From NCBI GenBank assembly GCA_951406725.2, contig OX597822.1, positions 19,406,001 to 19,470,000 of the forward strand: a stretch of 64,000 nucleotides of DNA, in the 5' to 3' direction. The notes under the pieces were generated by a model. That model made no database searches. It was not told the origin of the DNA and saw only the letters and a program-made list of their open reading frames with translations. The position numbers and the translations under genes are program-made. Below, one piece after another: positions 50,157 through 63,129 of this stretch (the stretch's first letter is position 1; each line of letters starts with the position of its first letter). This DNA comes from Octopus vulgaris. Taxonomy: Eukaryota.

Positions 50157-50306
50157 ATGGAACGCCAGTGGAAGAAAGGAAATAAAATATTTGGCAACAA
50201 CAATGACTGGAACCGAACCAACAGCTTCATGAACAAACCTGAAGATGGGTGGCTACACAGAGATGAACAACTGTGTTCGGATGCTGGAGTCTGTTATGGT
50301 GTACGG
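50157..50306 (+). CDS. shc: Shc adaptor protein, first coding exon (exon starts at 50127 in the 5' UTR)
   Basis: MERQW...DWNRTNSFMNKPEDGWLHRDEQLCSDAGVCYGVR resembles SHC1 EWTRHGSFVNKPTRGWLHPNDKVMGPGVSYLVR. Acceptor ttttcag at 50126, donor GTGAGT at 50307, in-frame TGA upstream of the ATG. Confidence 0.93.
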
Positions 50307-51344
50307 GTGAGTAAGATTTGTAACATGACAACTTCTTTATATGTCTTTCCTTTTTTTTTTCAACCTCATTTTGTGTGTGTCCCATAACAACGAAATTTTT
50401 AACTGGTTTCAATCATTGGATGACAACCATGCTGGAGCACCACCTTGATGTCTATTAGTCAATTATCTCAGCCCATGACTTATTTCCAACCTTTATTTTT
50501 TATCTGTTTCAGTCATTGGACTGAATTGACTCCAGTACTTGTTTTTCTTTTAAAGTCTACTATTTGTTCTGTCAGTCTCATTTGCTGAACCACTAAGTTA
50601 TGGGAATATAAATAAACCAACACTGGTTTTCAAGTGATGTTAAAAACAAACATAAGCACACACAGAGTTATAGATATATATGCAGGCTTCCACACAGTTT
50701 CTGTCTACCAAATTCACTTACAGGGCTTTGAGTGGCCTAGGCTATAGTAGAAGACACTTTCCCAAGGTGTTGTGCAGTGTGACTGAACCCCAAAATCACG
50801 TTGTTGCAAAGCAAGCTTCTTAACTGTACAGCCATGCATACATTTACCACACAACCAACTATTTATTGAACGATGAAGCCATCCCATTTTTTTTTTTGAC
50901 ATAAAGGGACACAACTCAATGCATACACATACAAATAATTGTGTATATACAGACACATTCACACATTGCATGTGTTGTTAATCTTCAGACTTTCAGCCTA
51001 CAAGATAACACCCACAAGGTAATGGTCGACCTTTAGCCACAGTAGAAGATATTTTCTCTAGGCAGTGGCATGCATTGGTATCAAACCCAAAGCCATGTGA
51101 TTGTGGTGCGAGTTTTTAACTAAATGGCCATAACTACTCATATATTTAATTAATTACTTCACATAACATTTGATCAAATTGTACAATGTTGCACTAAAAG
51201 CCATATGATATATAGTTTTATTCATCTATGTTGTGTATTGAACTCCTAATCAATATATAACAAATGCTGTATATTGAAATAATTAAAAACTGCCAGTCAC
51301 TTGGCATGTGTGAGTTTTATGTGAACTCATCCATTTTTTTTTCT

Positions 51345-51377
<33 letters not shown>

Positions 51378-52180
51378 TAAAATAAACTGGGACACATAAT
51401 TGATTCCATTGCAATGTAGAAGTTTGCAGTTTGTGGTTATTTGATCCTTGTTCCTATACTGGTGCTTATGAAATAAGCAAATTACAAAACTTGACAATCT
51501 ACATTCTAGATTTAGGATGAAAAGCATTCCAACCATGACCATCTCATCTTTTAGGTGTATCTAGAACTAAGTTAGCTGCTTTGCCCACTCCTCATTTAAA
51601 ATGTCAGCCATGTGTTGAAGATTTGGTTGCTATTTCTAGCAGGTTGGGCTGGTTCAACCTTTCTCTAAGTTGATTGCCATGAGTTGTATAATTCCTTGTT
51701 TTCATTAAGAGTAATACATTGGGATTGATAAGTACTTTGGTCGCTGTGCTGGCCTGATTTCAATTCCTGTTGTGGGGAAAATCTGTCTTTAATCCCTTAG
51801 CATTTAAGCAAGCCATATCTGGCCCAAACTTTTTCTACCTGCTTTATGTGCAAACTGACCTGATCTGGCCTCTCACACCTACCCAACAATGTCAATCAAA
51901 ACATAGACATTCACATTGAACTCTCTCTCTCTTTCTCTCTGCCTCTCTCCTTCTTCCACTCTCTCTCCTCCTTCAGCTTTCTCTCTTTCTCTCTGCCTCT
52001 CTCCTCCCTCAGCTTTCTCTCTTTCTCTCTCCTCTTCTCTCTGAGATACATTGATGGAAGCAAGGTGCCCAAAGTGTCTTGTAATTCAAAAATATTGCTT
52101 GTAGTTGAAGACAAGTTATACTGAAACTGGTTTTTTTTTGTCCATTTTTTAAACTTTGTTTTTCCTTTTCTTTTATTTAG

Positions 52181-52251
52181 TATTTAGGATGTCTGGAAGT
52201 AAAAGAGTCTATGAGAACATTAGACTTTGAAACGAGAACAAACCTAGCAAG
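52181..52251 (+). CDS. shc: Shc PTB domain, coding exon 2 (71 nt)
   Basis: YLGCLEVKESMRTLDFETRTNLA(R) resembles [24 protein letters not shown]. Polypyrimidine tract plus AG acceptor; GT donor; phases 0 and 2. Confidence 0.95.
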
Positions 52252-52289
52252 GTGACTGAGCTATATTTTCTCTTCGTTTTTAAAGTGAA

Positions 52290-52712
52290 ATCATCATCAC
52301 CATCACCATCAGTGACATCACCTTCACCACCACCACCATCTCAGCATCACTGCCACTATCATCATCATCACCTCCACTATCATCATCATTGTCATCATCA
52401 CTACCTTCACCAACACCATCACACAACCAGCATCACTACTACTGACATCATCCTCATACTCTGATATCATCATCACTACCACCACCATCATTACCTCCAC
52501 AACTATCATCATCATCACCATCACCACCACCAACAGCATCATTACCTCCAACACTATCATCATCACCACTACTACCAATGTCACCATCAACATCATCATC
52601 ATCAACACCACCATTTACTGACATCCTCATCACCAGTGATAACAGCATCACCACTCATCATTACCACCACCATCATCATCATCATTAACACCATCACCAA
52701 CATCATCACCAT
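52290..52712 (+). repeat. Long imperfect (CAT/CAC)n tract
   Basis: Visible directly; the His/Thr-rich and Met/Val-rich ORFs here are artefacts of it. Confidence 0.92.
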
Positions 52713-52980
52713 TGATATTAATGAGAAGTACTATTTATCCCAACTTAACCCTTTTGATAACAACCTGCCTGAAACTGCCTTTGGTTCAATATTACAAATT
52801 TCTTGTTCTAAAGCATTCTAAATTAAAATCTTGCACCAAAATTTCAAGATAATTTATGTTCCAAACACCAGCTTAATAATAAAAAATAATTTCACTAAAC
52901 TCTACATTATTTTCAAATTAAATGGAACAAAGGCTGTATGTTTCAATATAAATATCATAACAAAAGGGTTACGAATATTC

Positions 52981-53151
52981 TGTTAGAACAAGTTATACTG
53001 CATGTAATTACCATGAGAGAAACTCTCATATTCGCTTTTGGTGCAAAATGCACTCTTGTTCATAACGCTAGCAGGGATAGTGTATTTTGCACCAAAAGCC
53101 AATATGAGAGTGTCACTCATGGTATCTACCACAGTATAGCTTGTTCTGACA
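52981..53151. repeat. About 170-nt near-perfect hairpin (fold-back/MITE) in an Shc intron
   Basis: TGTTAGAACAAGTTATACTG...CTCTCATATTCGCTTTTGGTGCAAAATGCACT pairs with AGTGTATTTTGCACCAAAAGCCAATATGAGAG...CAGTATAGCTTGTTCTGACA. Confidence 0.88.
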
Positions 53152-54742
53152 AAACATCCACATTTAAGTGAGGATAAGTATTACCTCTTGGTATTATTGT
53201 TGCCTCTGTCACTAATAAATATTGATATTAGTGTTACTCTCGTAATCATTTATCAAAAATGAAAAAAACCCCACAAAAGTTTAGTTGTAACTTACAAAAT
53301 GTGTGAGTAAAACCTGGTAGCTTGTGCCATGCTTTTGCTAATTGTTTGAGATGCCTGTGTAGTTATGTAGTCACAAAGTAGACACAAACACAGCCTTTCT
53401 ACCCATGACACAGTGGAATATCGAGCCTGTAACAGCTGGAAAGAGACAGGACTGCACCCAGCAGTCAGCTGGTACTCATTTACATCTTAGTTGGCTGGAC
53501 AGCATGAAATAAAGTTCCTTAAAGGACACAGATATGCCACTCAGTCCAGGAATTGAACTCATAATCTTATGATTGTGAATTCGTCACTCTATCCACTGAG
53601 CCACATGCTTTCATTATTCAATACACTTACGATACTTTTTTTTTTCCCTTTTTTAAATTTAGATAAGTTGCCAATGATATAATATTTGTTTGTTCATGTT
53701 GGTTTATGTTGGATCTGTATGAAGTTGCCTTAGTTCAACACTTTTACAGCATTTTTTTCTTTTTTTTTCTTTTTGCTGCTTTAAATTTCACCCCTTCACA
53801 ACTATTAGACAATGCCATAGTTACACACAACAAACGATCTTGTACAAATATAGTTTGGACACTGTTTAGTCATCTCATGACCACTTGGTGTGAAACTCAC
53901 AATTATAATGGAATGAAAGTACAACTTCAATTATTTATTTACACACACACACAACCAAGCAAAATCTTTTAGTAATTGCATCTTCTATGTTTTGTCATTC
54001 TTCACTTTTTGTTTCAATATATAAATGCAGTTTTATTTTGTTTTTGTACTTGGTTTGTATGATTCTTGATGTGAGGTTGGCTGTTGAAACAGGTTTTGTT
54101 GTCAAGGGAGGGTCATTGTTAAAATAAGAAACCCATGCACTGATTCTGTTTCACTCCTTCTATTACTATTAGTCAACTAGTTAATCATTTAAACAATTAA
54201 TTAATCGATTGTTTGATTAATTGTTTGATCAATCAGTCAATCAGCCAGGTTCGTTAAAGTTCTTTTGTCACCATTCGCAACCTCATCAGTGACATGTCCT
54301 TGTTACTCCAGTCTGACAAATATAGCTGGTTGATTGACCGACCAAATGATTAATCAAATAATTGATTAATTAATTGATTAACTGATTAACTAATTGATAA
54401 TGTTATTATTATATGTACTAGGTTCAAATTTTGGCACAAGATCAGCAAGTTTGGGGGAGGGGCTAAGTTGATTACATCAACCCCCAGTGTTCAACAGGTA
54501 CTTATTTTATTGACCTCTAAAGGATGAAAGACAAAGTCAGCCTCAGTGGAATTTGCCAGCTTACAACCTTAATGATAATAAATATTAATAATAATAAAAG
54601 TGAAATAGAACCCATGTGTGTGTTTATTATTGGTATAGTGACCCTCCCAAGATACCTCAGATTGCAATATTATTCTTATTACTATAATTATTGTATTCTT
54701 TGTTATTCTCAATATAATTATTATTACTTTTCTATTTGACAG

Positions 54743-54803
54743 AGAAGCCATAAACCGTATCACAGAAGCAGCTGGGCTGAAGTTTTTGGACAGAAAAAAG
54801 AAA
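54743..54803 (+). CDS. shc: Shc PTB domain, coding exon 3 (61 nt)
   Basis: (R)EAINRITEAAGLKFLDRKKK resembles REAISLVCEAVPGAKGATRRRK. ttgacag acceptor, GTATGT donor, phases 2 and 0. Confidence 0.92.
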
Positions 54804-55807
54804 GTATGTTTTCCCAGTTTCTTTTGTTATCATTTTGTCTTATTTTATCCAAGGTATTTTCTTGAAGCAAGTGAGAGATTTAGTCAAAATAAATTCTGAT
54901 AAGCCTTAATGACAAACACTTCTTGTCTTCCTGTACAAATTTATAATATTAGCCTGTGTAATGTGATTTTTGTCCATGGTTAGCAACTGTTATTTCTTAT
55001 TCGCTTGCCCCTAGAAAGTATGAAAAATGGCTAATATTTCCTTCAAATTTTGCTTTTGTTATGATATTTATTCAAACCCTAAAGAATCTCTCTCAACACA
55101 TGGCTACGATGCTCTCTCACTACTCCTGCTCATGATCAGAGATGCATGTTTCAGCCAAAAAAGTGACAAGCTCAAGTGGTTAAGGCCAAACAAGTGACAA
55201 GCAAATCTGTGGTATTAAATATTTGATGCAATCATATTTCTGCTTCAGCACCTCAGTGCTGAATTTGTCTGAAATGGTTAGTTTCAAATAGGTTAGTTTC
55301 AAAACATTAATGTCCAGGTCACTAAAGCAATGTTTGAAGAGAATAGCAATCATTTCCTTTGATTTCTAGAAAGAAGCAAATTGGAAATAATATTTACTGA
55401 CCAGACAAAAAACAATTAAGATTTTGCTACACAGTGTTATTAGTTACAAAAGAGAGCTCCTTTTCATGGCTCAACTTTTATTCACTGAACTCATGAATTG
55501 GATGGCCTCTCCAGTAGGACTTTTTGCTGTTAATCCTTTCTATTATAAGCACAAGGCCAGAAATCTGTGGGGAGGGAACTAGTGCTTGACTGGTACTTAA
55601 TTTATTGACCCTGAAAGGGTCTCAGAATTTAAAGATGAACAAAATGCTGCTATGCATTTCATCCTGTGTGGTTACAATTCTGCCAGCTCACTGCCTTTCT
55701 TTTCTCAATTTATAAAGTCTACACATAATATGGCCATTTGAGTCCTCATGTGAAGTATGGTTTTTTTCCCAGCTCCATACTGGGCATATTCCACATATAA
55801 ATTCATA

Positions 55808-56256
55808 TCTATACATATAAAGCTGAAGTTGTCTGTGTGTGTGTGTGTGTGTGGTAGGTTTGGTAGCCTTCAACTAACACTATCTCCTCTGAGACCCTGC
55901 GGCACAAGTTGACCAAAATTGAGAGTATGATAGAAGAAGGCTTGCTCTTCATTCTGGAGAAGAAAAAATTCAAATCGGACCATGTTAAGACCAAAAATTG
56001 TTTACATCAAAAAGGTGCTTTTTTTCTCTGAAAATCCCTATTTTTTACGATGTTTTGACTGCTGTGTCGCCATTTTTCAGTGTATTTCAACCAGAAAAAT
56101 ATTTACTTAAAGAGAATAACAAGCTACATAATGGAAAATTTTTACTTTTCAAAAAAGATTGAAACTATGTCAAAACTTTGTTAACGCAACATCAAAGTCT
56201 GCTGTTTTAAGCGCAACTAAAAAATAAACCCGAGCAATGCCGGGCTATACTGCTAG
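55808..56256 (+). mobile_element. Complete non-autonomous Helitron
   Basis: A|TCTATACATATAAAGCTG ... CCCGAGCAATGCCGGG hairpin ... CTAG|T. Confidence 0.82.
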
Positions 56257-56940
56257 TAAATATATATAGGTGTAAGCATGACTACATGATTAAAAAGTTC
56301 ACTACCCAACCATGCAATTTTGCACCTTAGATAAATATTTTTTTCTGTAGTTCCAGGCTACCCAAAGCTGAGGGAGTAGATTTTATTGGCAGAAACTGAA
56401 AGAAGCTCATCATATGTTTGTTTGTTTATGTGTGTGCGTTCTTGTAATTGCAATTTTTTAAGCTACAAGTAATAATGTTGTTATCATTTCTTTTGTCAAA
56501 ATAAAGAACATAATTGTCTGCTGGCTTTTCAACTTTAAAGACATATGAAATAAGAGATACCTCTTTTGAAAATCAATTAAGAGCTAATGGTAGGAAGGGC
56601 ATCTGGCTGTAGAACAATGCTTCAATAATATATTCATCTAACCCATGCCAGTCATGGAAAACAGATTTAAAAGTGAAAGAAAATAGTATTGTGAAACAGA
56701 AAATGAGCATTTATATCTTTTACTTGTTTCAGTTTTGGGGCTGTGACCGATTTGGGGTACTGCTTTTAAAGGGCTTAATTAAACAAATCAATCACAATAC
56801 TTATTTTTACACCTGGTACTTATTTTCTTGGTCCCCTATTCCCAAACCACTAAGTTACAGAGATGTAAACAAACCATCACCAATTGACAAGCAATGGTGG
56901 TGAACAAACACAAACATAAGCACATACACATATATATGTA

Positions 56941-57242
56941 CTGGCTCAGTGCATCGGGCTCACAATCATGAGATAGTAAGTTCAATTCCTGGACTGGGCT
57001 GTGTGTTGTGTTGTTGAGCAAGACACTATTTCACATTGCTTCAGTTCACTCAGCTGTAGAAATGAGTTGTGATGTCACTGGTGCCAAGCTGTATTGGCCC
57101 CTTTGCCTTTCCCTTGGATAACGCTGGTGGCATGGAGAGGGGAGGCTGGTATGCATGGGCGACTGCTGGTCTTCCATAGATAACTTTGCCCGGACTTGTG
57201 CCTCGGAGGGGAACTTCCTAGGTGCAATCCCATGATCATTCA
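56941..57242 (+). mobile_element. tRNA-derived SINE (family C), apparently nested in a minus-strand family B SINE
   Basis: Copy of 25322-25663, with family B tail (56715-56935) and head (57310-57465) fragments on either side. Confidence 0.8.
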
Positions 57243-58379
57243 TGTATGTATGTATGCACACATTATATACATGATTTAGGTACTCACACACACAGGTATA
57301 TATGTACAATGGGCTTCTTTCAGTTTCTCTCTACTAAATCTACTCACAAGGCTTTGGTCAGCCAGCCAGGTCTGTAATGGAAGACATTTGCCTAAGATGC
57401 TACACACTAGAACTGAACCCAAGATCACATGGTTGGGAAGCTAGCTTCCTTACCACACAACCACAATCAAAATAAATGACAGACTATTGTCTCTCTTTAT
57501 TTACATTATTTATATTTAAAGGATATTTGTACATAATTCCTCATCTCTTAAATATAGAACTATATTCATCATCATCATCATTTAATGTCCGCTTTCCATG
57601 CTAGCATGGGTTGGACGATTTGACTGAGGACTGGCGAACCAGATGGCTGCGCCAGGCTCCAATCTGATCTGGCAGAGTTTCTACATCTGGATGCCCTTCC
57701 TAATGCCAACCACTCCGAGAGTGTAGTGGGTGCTTTTATGTACCACCAGCACGAGGGCCAGTCTGGCAGTACTGGCAATAACCACGCTCGAAATGCTGTT
57801 TTTTATGTGCCACCTGCACAGGAGTCAGTCCACCGGCACTGGCATCGACCTCGGTTGAATGTTTTTTTTCATGTGCCAGTAAGGCGACGGTAACGATCAC
57901 GCTCAAATGGTGCTTTTTACGTGCCATATATATATATATATAAATACATTGTGAAACACTACCAAATGTTCTAGAAATAAATGAAAACATCACATTAGTT
58001 CAATGCTAAGGAATTATGCTTATTTAACCTAATTACAATAATTATTATCGTTTATAACCTCAGTGTTCAGTCAGTTGTGAATTAGAGCATAGTAAATTTA
58101 ATGGCCTAGGATTTAAATGTCGAAAATAGCTGAAATAGTACAGATGTAGATTCTTTGGAATATATATTGTGGAGCTATGATTCTTTTATTCTTTTGCTAG
58201 TTTCAGTTTTTGTACTGTGGTCATGCTGGGGCACTTTTTAGTCACTCCCAGTTACCCCAGGTTTCATTTTCACCAGGAACGTATTTTATTAATCTATATT
58301 TTATCAACTGGCTAAATTACCATTTTGAAACAGCACTATTCATTTGCTTAACACATGATAGGAAAACATCACGTGTGTC

Positions 58380-58640
58380 CATGCACACACACACACGCAC
58401 ATAGGCACACATTAATCACTCACCACACACTTGTTCCCTCACACACACATACACTTACTCACACACACACTTGCTCACTCACACACTCATTCACATACTC
58501 ACTCATTCACTTACGCACTCGCTCATTCACTCACTCATTCACTCACTCACGCATTCATTCACTCACTCACACATTCACTTACACACTCACTCACTCCTTC
58601 CACTCACTCACTCCAGTCACACACTCACACACACACATCT
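58380..58640 (+). repeat. (CACT)n/(CA)n microsatellite
   Basis: Visible directly in the sequence. Confidence 0.92.
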
Positions 58641-58912
58641 GACAAGTTTCTACAGTTTCCATTTACCAAATTCCATTGCAAAGGCATTAGTCAAAGCAAG
58701 ACTAGTGGAAGCCACACTTGCCAAACATGCCATGCAATGAGAGCAAACCCAGAACCATGTGACTCCAAAGCAAAGAATGTAATTATCTGCTGGCTTTTCA
58801 ACCTTGTAGACATGTGAAATAAGAGAAACCGATTTTGAAAATCAGTTAAGGGCTAGCGGTAGAAAGGGCATCAGGCTGTAAAACAAAGACTCAATAATAT
58901 ATTCATCTAACC

Positions 58913-59520
58913 CAGTTTTTCTCAACCATTTTCTGCCTATGGACCTCTTTTGATTCCTAGTTTACTCAGATAGACCCTTATAGCCATTCAATGTATAAAA
59001 AAATCCTATTATATTTTTATAATTATTAAGCACATGCATGGCTGTGTGGTAAGAAGCTTGCTTCCCAACAACATGGTTCCAGGTTCAGTTCCACTGCATA
59101 ACATCTTGGGCAAGCATCTTCCACTATACCCCCAAGCCTTGCGAGTGGATTTGGTAGATGGAAACTGAAAGAATCCCATCATGTTTATTTATATATATAT
59201 ATATGTGTGTGTGTGCTAATGTTTTTTATGTGTCTGTGTTTGTCCCCCACCACTGCTTGACAACCAGTACTGGTGTGTTTACATCCCATAACCTAACGGT
59301 TCAGTAAGTACCAGAAGGCAATTCTCCAGTATGGCCACAGTCTACAGACTGAAATAAGGAAAAGATAAAAGATAATCAGATGTTATTAGGAATCGTATTA
59401 AAAAGAATTAAAATATTTTGCTTATTGTAGAAGTATAACCAATTTATTGCAGATAAATTTTAACAACAAAATCTTATATGGACCCCTAAAAGCCATATGA
59501 ACTCCAGTTGAGAACTACTT
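58913..59520. mobile_element. hAT-type MITE interrupted by a family B SINE (59036-59372, +)
   Basis: Ends CAGTTTTTCTCAACC and AGTTGAGAACTACT resemble CAG-G-TTCTCAAC hAT TIRs; SINE sequence lies in the middle. Confidence 0.6.
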
Positions 59521-60288
59521 ATGTAAGACCATGTTAGCAATACAGCCATGATTTCTCCTACTGTTCTAAGTTTAGGTTTTGCTGATTTTAATCTTAAATC
59601 CTTCTTCATAAAAAAATAACTATAAGTGATATACAACTATAAATTTCATCCAAACTATGCTTGCATGGATTGGATGAAATTTATTGAAGCAAATTTTGTA
59701 TGGTTGGATGCCTTTCCTGTTGCCAACCCTCACCTGTGTTCAAGTAAGGCATTTCCTCAGAAGATTGGAGATGAAAGATACTACTTGCATGATGGTGATA
59801 TTTGCTTACAATTAACATGCAGTGTCATGGGATATGTAAAAAAAAACAAAAACACTCGCACATACACACACACACACAAAGGCTTCTTTTGGTTTCAATT
59901 CTTCCATTGTCAAACTCATTCACAAAGCTTTGGTCATCCTGGGGCTACCTTAGAAGATACTTGCCCACGCTGTGGAACTGAACCTGAAACCATGTGGTTG
60001 GAAATAAACTTCTTAACACAACAGCCATGACATTCTACATGGTATGGAACACCCCCAACACTGCACCACCACCATCATCATTTAATGTCCACTTTTCCAT
60101 GCGTGCATGGATCAGATGGAATTTGTTGAGGTATATTTTCTACAGCCAGATGTTCATCGTGTTGCCAAGCAAGGTAATATTTCCCCTTGGCCAGACATAT
60201 TTTTCCTAAAAGACTAGAGATCACTTGTATAATAGCAATGCTCATTTACAACCATGGTTGAAGAAAGTGTGTGCACACATGTACACAC

Positions 60289-60337
<49 letters not shown>

Positions 60338-61169
60338 TGAGTGGGTGAGTGAGTGGGTGAGTGTGTGTGTATGGAAACCATGCCAAGGCAGACAATATAG
60401 CTTAGTGCGGTCCTTCGACTTGCCAGCACCTGTCAAACCAAGCAGCCCATGCCAGCATGGAAGGCAAACATGAAATAATGAGGATGATGATATCTACTAA
60501 AGATTTTAATTTATCAAATCCACTCACAAGGGTTGGCTGGCTCCACTTGCCCAAGGTACAGTGGGAATGAACCTGAGACTACAAACTTTAGAAGCAAGCT
60601 TCTTAACTACACAGTCACACCTCTCTTTATTGTAATTGTGTGAACATATATTTTATTTTTCATCATTCCTTGTTAATTAGCTTTCATTCTTGTTTGGAAT
60701 TCAAAAAGAACTTAGTATGTGTGCTGTAGTGTACAATTCTAATAACCAATTAAGGCAGCAAATATGCATTGGCATCTTCTGTTAAACTGTCAAGAATTCA
60801 GAACTTTAAATGTTTTAAATTTAAGGGAATAATTTGGAGTATGGACATAGAAGACTTTGAATTGCTCAGATTGGAGTAGTTGATTAGTAGCATGTAAATA
60901 TTAAGTACTGGGATTACATCTGACACTGACAAAACGTAACCAGGGTCAGTTTGGGAATTTGCTGTCTCTCAATGACAAAATATTTCTCTCATTATAAGAA
61001 AATCCCAGACTATATTAGTCATAAGTATGGTAGTGATGTACAAGAAGTGATTGTTCAGAACTGGTTGTGATTGGGGAAGAACAAACAGGTTGTTGTTGTT
61101 GTTACCTCCAGGTCAGTCCTGATGAAGACAATTCAGCCAAGAGAATTTCACTCTTTTAAAGTATATACT

Positions 61170-61378
61170 CTCTTTTTACTCTTTTACTTGTTTCAGTCAT
61201 TTGACTGCGGCCATGCTGGAGCACCGCCTTTAGTCAAGTAAATCGACCTCGGGACTTATTCTTTGTAAGCCTAGTACTTATTCTATTGGTCTCTTTTGCC
61301 GAACCACTAAGTTACGAGGACGTAAACACACCAGCATTGGTTGTCAAGCGATGTTGGGGGGATAAACATATATACATG

Positions 61379-61416
<38 letters not shown>

Positions 61417-61580
61417 TACAATGGGCTTCTTTCAGTTTCCGTCTACCAAATCCACTCACAAGGCTTTGGTCGGCCCAAGGCTATAGTAGAAGACACTTGC
61501 CCAAGGTGCCACGCAGTGGGACTGAACCCCAAACCATGTGGTTCGTAAGCAAGCTACTTACCACACAGCCACCCCTATGC
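61170..61580 (-). mobile_element. tRNA-derived SINE (family B)
   Basis: Reverse-complement full-length copy. Confidence 0.9.
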
Positions 61581-62534
61581 CTATATATGAATATGTTATC
61601 TAATACGATTTTTATTTAAAACACTGTGGTTATCTGAGGAATATTTGGTTACTATTTTTAGTAGTCTGAGCAATCGTAGAGGTTCTCTTGTTGGCTTGTG
61701 ACCTTAATGCCTTTAGTGTACAAATGCGTACCTTATGAAAACAAATTGAATGCAAACACATTAAAATAGTAACATACATAAAAAACATTGGTTAGTTGTT
61801 AGAGAGAGAGAGGGAGAGAGAAAGAGAGTTGGGCTGATATGGGTATGTAATGGCACTGTGTATCCAAAATAGAGGTAAACAAAGAAGACTTAGTATAAAG
61901 TAATTAGCTGAGGCCTGAGATAGATGTAGCTTAAGAATGGAGTAATACAGGATTAAGGTGCAAGGAAAACTATTGTAAAAGAAAATTATTCAGTTCCAAT
62001 ATGAATAAGCAAGTATAGCATTGGATTTGATCCCACGTTTTGCCATATAGAAATCACAATCATGTGCACGACCAAGATTTTATCCAATGAACAGCTGTTG
62101 TTCATATGATAGTTCAGTGGTCTGACTAGAACTTTCTATGAGTGAGGCCTACAAATATAGCCAAATTGAGCACCAAAAATTCAGAGTGTAGCTGTAGCTG
62201 TTTTCACAACTGCATAATCAACCTGGAATGATTGAAGAAGAAAGCACATCATAGCACCTGAATATGTATTTGATATGTAAAAATTAGCCCAAATGTTGAG
62301 TTTCTAACAAGGACTCTATATGTCATATTATGCTGTTTCATCTGAATTTTTTCATTAATTGTTTTGCATGAACATTTTTCCTGTTAATGTTATGAATAAA
62401 TTATTTTCCAATACATAAAGAAGCCCTTCGTTGTTACACCAGTATTAAAGCAATGATCATAATAATTTTACTTTATTCTTTATATACACTGGCCTAAAAA
62501 AAAAAAATTTTTTTTTGTATTTTTATACTTTTAG

Positions 62535-62654
62535 TCAGACAAAAAGGTTCTTCGCATTCTTGGAGGTTATGCTAACCTGAGGTGTTCAGGCTCCAACATT
62601 ACTCTCACTATTACAACTGAAGCCCTAAAACTTGTTATAATGGAAAATGGCAAG
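62535..62654 (+). CDS. shc: Shc PTB domain, coding exon 4 (120 nt); gene continues beyond the window
   Basis: SDKKVLRILGGYANLRCSGSNITLTITTEALKLVIMENGK resembles [40 protein letters not shown]. ttttag acceptor, GTATGA donor, phases 0 and 0. Confidence 0.92.
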
Positions 62655-63129
62655 GTATGAACATTATTTTACTGCTGTTGTTATTACTGTTATTCTTGCT
62701 TAAAACAATGGAAATTTATGAGTGCTTAAAAAGCCACTCAGTTTAGCTGGTGCAGTGATGAGGGCTCTAAAACTGCATTGTTGTTTGCAGTAAGTTCAAA
62801 TCCTACATTTATATAACTTTTAACATTTCATTCTTCAAGGATCAATGAAATAAACCCAACTAAAATATAGAAGAGCAATTCAAACAGGGGCTGTTGAGCT
62901 GGCTGATGTTTGATAATTTAAGTTGCTGGTGCATGTTCTTGAATTTAAATGAATTCAAAACAGTCTGTAAGTAACAGGATTAGTATTTATTAACTTCTGC
63001 TTTAACTTTCTGCAGACTGGAAATAATGCAAATATAATTACTCTTCCAGACCAGGTTCATATTTCATAAAAGTAAAATGACTCATTTTAAACAATATTGG
63101 CTGTTTAGTATTGTATGAGAAATAGAATT

